A stretch of 62,008 nt of DNA from a virus (taxonomy: Duplodnaviria; Caudoviricetes), in IMG/VR virus record IMGVR_UViG_3300043419_000785, positions 1 to 62,008 of that record. The stretch is one strand, 5' to 3'. The notes under the pieces were generated by a model. That model was not told where the DNA came from. It did no database searches and was given only the letters and a program-made list of their open reading frames with translations. The position numbers were made by a program, and so were the translations under genes. Positions 57,501 to 62,008 of this stretch are shown here, piece by piece (position 1 is the first letter of the stretch; each line of letters starts with the position of its first letter).

Positions 57501-60500
57501 CTGCGAGGTCATACAGCACGCCCGTTAATTCACCCATTTTTTCTAGACGAGCATCACCCTTAAGTTTGAGTCCATCAGCAAAGTTCTCAACCAGCAGTGT
57601 TAATGCGTCAACCTTTTTACCGACAAGACTAAACATTGGGTCGTTTTGTTTTTGGAATTTATCAAACGATTCCTTGTATCTCTTATTCAGTTCGACCCTA
57701 TCCTGCACAGCACGGTTCATACGGTCCGTAATGTCTTTGTCTCCAGGGCTTGCTTTGAGCATCTGTTTGAAGTCACCGATTTCCGAACTCAACTTATTGA
57801 TTGCCTCAATAGTTTGATTGAACGTTAGGAAGTCAGCGGCTGACGTGGCTTTCTCAACTCCTATCTTCATTACGAATGGTCTATTAGAAAGCTCACGAAT
57901 GAATGATTCAGAAAACTCACCAGTCAGGATTCCACTGTTGGATGAATTCACCGTATTAAACAAGTTGTAGAACTCGACTCGGTCAGCCTTGTCAGAATCC
58001 ATTGACTCTAAATAGTCAAACGTAAATCCTTGTTCAATTGTAAACGTTTCGTCATCCTTGCTGATTTCATTTGTGACGGTACGTGCAATGCTGTTTTGGC
58101 GTCGCTTTCGTTCGAGTAGAGATCGATTACTTTTAACCTGTGCTTCGACATCATTGACGTCGATTCCAAGCATACGCAAAGTTCGCTTACCATCAGCACC
58201 TACACTCCATACAGATGGCTGATACGCAGACTGCCGTTCATGCATTGATGCCCTAAACAACAAGCCTGGTACATTGCGGGTGTATGCTGTGTTTTCGATG
58301 TATTCCCGGAAGTCATCGAATCCTTGCTGGTCACGCTCAGCGTCCTTTGCCATTGACGCAAGTTCATTAAGCTGCTCAAGAGATAAGTCTGTAAATCCAT
58401 ACGCATCAGACTCTAGTGCACCAGACTTCTTTATACGGATAGCATCATTGACAGCGTCAACTACATCAATGTAAGCGTGTCCAGTTGCGTCGTATGCACT
58501 GATTGCATTGTTGAAGGACTCTTCAGTCTTATACTTCACGCCATTGAATTCGACAGTCTTCCACGCTTCACCAGGTTTGTTGCCAGCATCACGACTTGCT
58601 TGCATAGCAGACTCAATAACACGAGCCGCTTGGTCAGCGTATGCACCACGGTTCTTTATGCCGGCAGCCATTGAGTAAATCGTATGACGGCGCAACGCTT
58701 CTTCCTGATGTTGCGACGCTGTAGGCTGTGTGTTCTTCCAAGCAATGTCATTATCAAGGTCGTTTTCAGCACGTTTAATCTTGACTGTAATATCAGGAGC
58801 AATCGTAGCAGTCGGGTCGACTTGTGCAAAGAATTGACCTGTCGCTGTACGAGCAGTGCTACGCATCAGTTTCATCATCACGTCTGTGTATTGATCAAAC
58901 GTAAGCTTTTCTGATGGAATCAATCCCTGCTTTTCATTGTACGAATCATAGATGTAATACCTCACTCCATTCTCGGTAACCTGCCGAGTATTGAGTATGA
59001 GGTTACGCACTTCCTTCAACACTTCAATGTTGACAGTCTCTACGAACTCACGTCTAAATTCAGTAGCCTTTGGACCAAATGGATTCCACGAATCTAACGT
59101 TCTCTGTACAGTATCTTGTTGCGATTTGACGTGCGTTAGTGCCTCATTAAGCGTTCCCCAGTTAGATATTTTGTAGGTTACTTTTTTACCGTTGAGTAGG
59201 TCGTCATACTGTTGCGAGTCAACCTCTAGGCGTGTATATCCTGCTCGTTGGAACTTTGGTTTATCCAAATCCCTCAATACCATCTCAACTGATGCACGCC
59301 ACTCAACCTTGTGGTATTCGTACACCCAGTCAAGAAAACGTTGCTTTAGTTGCGGGTCGTTTGTCTTAGAAAGAAAACTCAGTATTAAGTCCTTGTTGTT
59401 CTCAATGACTTCACTGGCTTTTGTTTTCGGGCTGTTGCCCACTTTAAATGATTTCCTAAAGGTATCTAGCAGTTCGTTCAACTCAGTGATTTCACGAGCT
59501 GCTGTCAACTTCTTATTGGCAAATTCCGTCTTGTACATGTTGCGCATAATTTGGCGCCATGTAGTGCGCAGGATTTCTACTTGCCTGTAATCATAATTTG
59601 TTACTCGTTTAACACCAGACTCCATGTCGCCCCAGGTGCTTAGTTCTGCCGCGGCATTGGAAAGGCCAGAGCGAATCGTGCCGACATCAAAACTACCAGC
59701 AAGGTAATCAAGGACACGAGTGTTTTTAGCTAATGGGTAACGAAGGTACATGGCTTCCGGAACGCGCTGTCTAAAACCTTTCATGACCCAGTTGTTGATG
59801 TAGGCACCAAAAATATTGTTGGCAATAACACGTTTCCACAACTTGGTATTAGATGCAGCTTTAGCCTTATCAGTCATTGCCTGTTCAAGGACGACGTTTA
59901 ATTGTTTCTGGAAGAATCGTGCTTGTTCACCATTGTTGTCCTGTCGGTCGATTTGCATCTGCAACCGCAACTGCTCTTCCTCGTAGTTGCGCAACTGCTG
60001 TGCTTCTTGAGCTTCAGCATCGGTCATATTGTGATTAGCCAAAATGCGTTGAATTGATCGATCAACCATATCGGTAATCATTTTTTTATCAAGGACGCCA
60101 GCGTGCTCATCTTCTAATCGTTGGATAAGGTCTGCTTTAGAACCCTCAAGCATAGATTGCTTTTGGGCATACGTCATCGATGTTTCGTTAACTTCACCGT
60201 CAACTACTGTCGACATTATGCTGTCAGAAACTGAACGTTCTATGTTCGACTTTAATGACTTGTATATGTCGTCAGATATACGCTCAAGTGCTGATGCACG
60301 TGCGGACTCTTGTCGAGTGCGTGCAATACGTCCGAACCGTGCATCTTGATCTGCACGACGTTGACCGGTGTTTGTTAGTAGGTCAACTACATGTTTCGTA
60401 AGTGCTTCAACTTTTTCAGGATTGCTCTTGATGCGTGCCAGATAATCTAGTGCTACATCATCACCGTTGCCGGCTTCAGATGCTTGCTCAAAGTATTTAC

Positions 60501-62008
60501 GGATGCGCTCGGTGAGTGCAGTCTTACCTGCTTCATCATATTCAGCAACGTAAAAACCTACTGAGCGTTTAGTCTTTTCGTTGTAAATTTCTGCCGCATC
60601 ATCGCCTTCCACCAACTTAGACATAATCGCATCAGCAACAATCTTGTCTTCGTTTGCTAGTTTATTAGTCAAAGTCTCCTTAGATAGGAAGCGTCGTTCT
60701 GTTGGAGCACCATATATGTCTAGGTTTTCTTTATCAACAACTAGACCTTCGTCTACATTGATTTCTGATTCTGGGCGTGGACTACGCGCAGGAGTTGGAG
60801 CCTCCATTACATCAAAGTCGAGTTCAAAAGGCTTATCTCCGCCAGCGTCTAGTGCGCCATCTTCGACCTTGATAATCTCGGTGCCGACTGATTCTTCGGC
60901 TTCTGCGTCTACCTTTTCAGTTTCTTTACCTGCATACCACGCTTGTTCACGAGCGTTAGCACTGTTGTATATGTCTTCCATCACTTGGTATGACATGCCT
61001 GTTGGTTCTGCCAGTCGCTTGACGTGAGTTTCATGTGACGCAGTAGTTTTTCCACCTGCTAACTGAACCCATGACGAATATCCACTAACATCAAGCCAAC
61101 CAAGATATGAATCTCGCATTCTATTCTGAAGGCGTTTCTTCGTCATGTTTCCTTGGTAATAACCTGGTTGTGGTTTGCCTACAGTTCCATAATCAGCAGC
61201 CGCAGTTTCGGCATTTACATACCACCTATAACCGGCAGAATATGCATAACCCTTTGTCATATGGGCTGAATGAATTGCTTCTAATTGTGGCTCAGACGTT
61301 AAAGAACTTGGTGCTATTGGAGCAATATCTTTAATCTGCTGATTTACAAATTTTTGATAGTGTCCTAAAACACGTGCTACAACATCACCTGTTTCTTTTA
61401 ATGCAGGATTAGGCGTACCTTTGCGTTGGATTGAGAACTTTGAAGTATCGCTTAACGTATTGAAATCTACTCCAGTCATGTCAAACTTGTTGCGCATCAC
61501 TGGGCTATCTAACTCAGACTTACTAAGCAATTCTGTAAGTTTGATAGTTTTTTCACCGAATTCAAATTTTACAGTTATGCTAACGTCTGCCAGCTTTGGT
61601 TTTTGTGACCCTGTAGTACTCAGACCTTCTAATTTTAAAACACGACCTTGGGACGACAACTTCTCAACATTGTTAGTAACAGTGACAAACGTACCTCGTG
61701 TATATTCAAATTTGAGTACATTACCAGCAGCGTCCTGTGCAGACAGTGGTTCACCTCTGCCAAAAAACGTACCTAATATTTGTTTGTTTCGTGTTGGGTC
61801 TTGTGCACTTGCTTGTATTTCATTAATGATGCCGTTTTGTGTGCGCATCATTTGCCCTAGTTCTACAACTGACTGTGCAATATGTGCATCATAAGCATTG
61901 ATGCCATACTCGTATTTAAATGGGTAGTTATTAATATCTGCGGTCATCACTGCATATGTCAGAGCCGTGACCATTTCTTCTTCATGAGTCGTGTTAAGCC
62001 ACACTCCA
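51553..62008 (-). CDS. Giant virion/ejected protein, C-terminal part; total ~4,824 aa; large polyvalent protein-like
   Basis: 3483-aa ORF in the track. Last gene of the structural operon after ejection-type genes. Contains FIKMENPLVIDAG...HDGVVFTNV. Confidence 0.88.
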   Translation of the reverse strand, partial: GVWLNTTHEEEMVTALTYAVMTADINNYPFKYEYGINAYDAHIAQSVVELGQMMRTQNGIINEIQASAQDPTRNKQILGTFFGRGEPLSAQDAAGNVLKFEYTRGTFVTVTNNVEKLSSQGRVLKLEGLSTTGSQKPKLADVSITVKFEFGEKTIKLTELLSKSELDSPVMRNKFDMTGVDFNTLSDTSKFSIQRKGTPNPALKETGDVVARVLGHYQKFVNQQIKDIAPIAPSSLTSEPQLEAIHSAHMTKGYAYSAGYRWYVNAETAAADYGTVGKPQPGYYQGNMTKKRLQNRMRDSYLGWLDVSGYSSWVQLAGGKTTASHETHVKRLAEPTGMSYQVMEDIYNSANAREQAWYAGKETEKVDAEAEESVGTEIIKVEDGALDAGGDKPFELDFDVMEAPTPARSPRPESEINVDEGLVVDKENLDIYGAPTERRFLSKETLTNKLANEDKIVADAIMSKLVEGDDAAEIYNEKTKRSVGFYVAEYDEAGKTALTERIRKYFEQASEAGNGDDVALDYLARIKSNPEKVEALTKHVVDLLTNTGQRRADQDARFGRIARTRQESARASALERISDDIYKSLKSNIERSVSDSIMSTVVDGEVNETSMTYAQKQSMLEGSKADLIQRLEDEHAGVLDKKMITDMVDRSIQRILANHNMTDAEAQEAQQLRNYEEEQLRLQMQIDRQDNNGEQARFFQKQLNVVLEQAMTDKAKAASNTKLWKRVIANNIFGAYINNWVMKGFRQRVPEAMYLRYPLAKNTRVLDYLAGSFDVGTIRSGLSNAAAELSTWGDMESGVKRVTNYDYRQVEILRTTWRQIMRNMYKTEFANKKLTAAREITELNELLDTFRKSFKVGNSPKTKASEVIENNKDLILSFLSKTNDPQLKQRFLDWVYEYHKVEWRASVEMVLRDLDKPKFQRAGYTRLEVDSQQYDDLLNGKKVTYKISNWGTLNEALTHVKSQQDTVQRTLDSWNPFGPKATEFRREFVETVNIEVLKEVRNLILNTRQVTENGVRYYIYDSYNEKQGLIPSEKLTFDQYTDVMMKLMRSTARTATGQFFAQVDPTATIAPDITVKIKRAENDLDNDIAWKNTQPTASQHQEEALRRHTIYSMAAGIKNRGAYADQAARVIESAMQASRDAGNKPGEAWKTVEFNGVKYKTEESFNNAISAYDATGHAYIDVVDAVNDAIRIKKSGALESDAYGFTDLSLEQLNELASMAKDAERDQQGFDDFREYIENTAYTRNVPGLLFRASMHERQSAYQPSVWSVGADGKRTLRMLGIDVNDVEAQVKSNRSLLERKRRQNSIARTVTNEISKDDETFTIEQGFTFDYLESMDSDKADRVEFYNLFNTVNSSNSGILTGEFSESFIRELSNRPFVMKIGVEKATSAADFLTFNQTIEAINKLSSEIGDFKQMLKASPGDKDITDRMNRAVQDRVELNKRYKESFDKFQKQNDPMFSLVGKKVDALTLLVENFADGLKLKGDARLEKMGELTGVLYDLAVDMQGIKQSVDMTQNEKRRFFIANLLRNAGARNARTLFMTSTFAGYSESLVVRGTLDKEWAAGTTLREALNETLKDSGVSLEDLVTGLAFTTERLKSNVQSIISEPGEYESFIKRVASNRDLWNGTEKTEGYLDQPISELQANKQLLKSVNNEIRTTEFLINKIVDNYRKPANASTDMSMLYEQLAKSVTPLEDMVLEMKRQHVLKNGMTAQESFSTAVMNATQRGTGEVQSAIKSALKRQADVENGQMQRHMDNARLNQDGHYNLVARGMDRVLRDIARMEDAFGFLAKDKKSIPVDTTQVNAQLKQHGDYVSFIVLDEHVKGATSESWLALRGQRILVPSSFYSATTGRVTFKSNHSFLPNNLTPMEKQAYILTSWFVENNAVDGLPIGRALSENVRNLFSRAISDFDTSRATEQQFKSTVLRYTNDVLDSLVMRFPLRNENLRYTNTGSITIKDQVPSDVPKKIQSWLANNDVNWFRYSTKARNFNFEQLITRLNADGIEVAYLSNKDLWALTEKQGTAPNRYAVWKELVSARDKYIVDPLKSRLESSNRLMSQMSFHELNMELRDSMWSNADRTAFFADYWHITQTRQGNIPRDFMIATGEFPTPDALRQYIDKTMEGKPEDERLLAYTEQLKNLEALEQMIATAGYEAAIKTSSITQAEVRYNNDPESSYVLTGIMRDVKSDALDAEQQQVRGTLLSQTELLTSNANSVVSDLLKQVGELKTDAKRLMMDFLNNPEKLNIKSITDILLTGSQPAGARNIKIPAMKGKTSELESETRRMAVHVEMTATNNLKALQEGIKDGPLSLEISRNLAELGVNVGRGRVKIQDLITGHSSLVATRTMSTAQQQHVALIANKVKEYVQAQARVLVGARLELVRSMNDFSYVGYEYRQNGAEVDVYEQGVKKYTINYKTGKVSTINHEEVMAIGSKTKTEEWSRLSSGLGEGFQEQLKALDIAQLKQLDLLMTIAKRPGEQWIGGSMATHADAVKTLIESIRTNTKAVPAVYWHGIANMRRPEDFGPSTEMYTQPAMSPAKVDMEYGTIDPGVRRAFVNPVISKWLQPSIDRRQRVVLNHNNEVGRDEFGYSVYREDGNRSHIYRNLVESGLGRNKALEIYALTEHPSFKSWATGTMLDNLESMSAGNGLTINPQVSAEQFKALRVFDAMKLRQTLKFHSTEPTEETYQNAKRLYGETLGSHLNDAQLDRSFDKLTQKGEDVAPIMMEVDRYIERFMSADIAKMAKVYDSQLQAEQKIVTGSAFTTLAFSPEVDGTLYDTTPGIQVHDLVTGSHVKKNRMQQPRFIKMENPLVIDAGNTGLSVPMRNDAIKAAMSGKHDGVVFTNVVQTSTTPETTAVAYTLNDANVRTASNMLGTAADSAVKPTAKVINEYTADMPLDEAPSMPAMSPIMYQGKEAAPPLTITAGQVKANKTMGMQALEGLDRLEREWQGLTRLSLAMDLAYPVIQGGKYAMGIFTGRPYDTVIWLNAFKSAAKGLAPRLAFTGEKGKQIGAHMGRREYIKLFLEISNDPYYEVMKELGVPLNFYNYERAVGKARQRMYQEGKGKTNWQDIYVDLMQISEVGHVQQDMVKDAMVNKLPVAGMAERFTSLNHDVLMFNLVKWQLKNNPLLKDVPLKDLKYQRSAKEVANFVALSLGDFQYSTNEDIDMVVGRAAKWVSVAPRWQLANWLMKPHWNYLFGNMRITRKLLGEQNRVFNAVASNQTNPDLRNYQYSVIYGSMIWVAAAQAAVHYLGQLLFKREDVKADPTKVGKFRIGDWVYADSSGVWDDLNKLRTVYDAVNKPIKSEERFGDTPELDWLIGASNRLGYNVSPALIKMIFEPLSGKDVIGRSVYETDEEWRYLYDRKIKPAVAFAPEKWNMSQYITSTFPTGLNEVVDTTFESKYEDKGVREAAILTQAIASTLGTRLQYDKYIPKSLMKREKIIRQHEKNWQTAPTIMDVIAKSNKKYPDAKDAAIGIVNKTMTGKY
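61778..62008. repeat. Terminal direct repeat, right copy
   Basis: Begins ATTTGTTTGTTTCGTG at 61778, identical to the window start; implies a 61,777-bp circle. Confidence 0.97.

Noticed and set aside
51553-62008. Virion RNA polymerase call for the giant protein
   Set aside because: No DxDGD or clear T7/N4-type catalytic motifs seen by eye; cannot be excluded without structure search.

Overview
The window is a complete, circularly permuted dsDNA phage genome of 61,777 bp. Bases 1-231 recur at 61778-62008 with one mismatch. The gene set is podovirus-like: terminase small and large subunits, portal, scaffold, major capsid protein, two adaptor-like proteins, a nozzle-like tail protein and ejection-type proteins, with no recognisable tail tube, tape measure protein, integrase or DNA polymerase. 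Across the junction a single minus-strand ORF encodes a ~4,824-aa protein with motifs resembling the ADP-ribosyltransferase domain of large polyvalent proteins. Replication is lambda O/P-like (HTH initiator with iterons, loader, DnaB), supported by SSB, a Rad52-like annealing protein and a Gam/Gp157-like protein. Accessory genes include dUTPase, a C5 methyltransferase with a nested beta-subunit-like ORF, a thermonuclease and a Tad2-like protein. The most unusual region is 35.9-44.1 kb: an array of gene cassettes, each preceded by a ~108-bp element with indel-free box spacing, usually after an intrinsic terminator and before a covarying hairpin. There are nine copies plus one deleted copy. Inverted copies of the initiator iterons lie just after the ninth copy. 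All product calls come from motif recognition by eye; no database searches were run.
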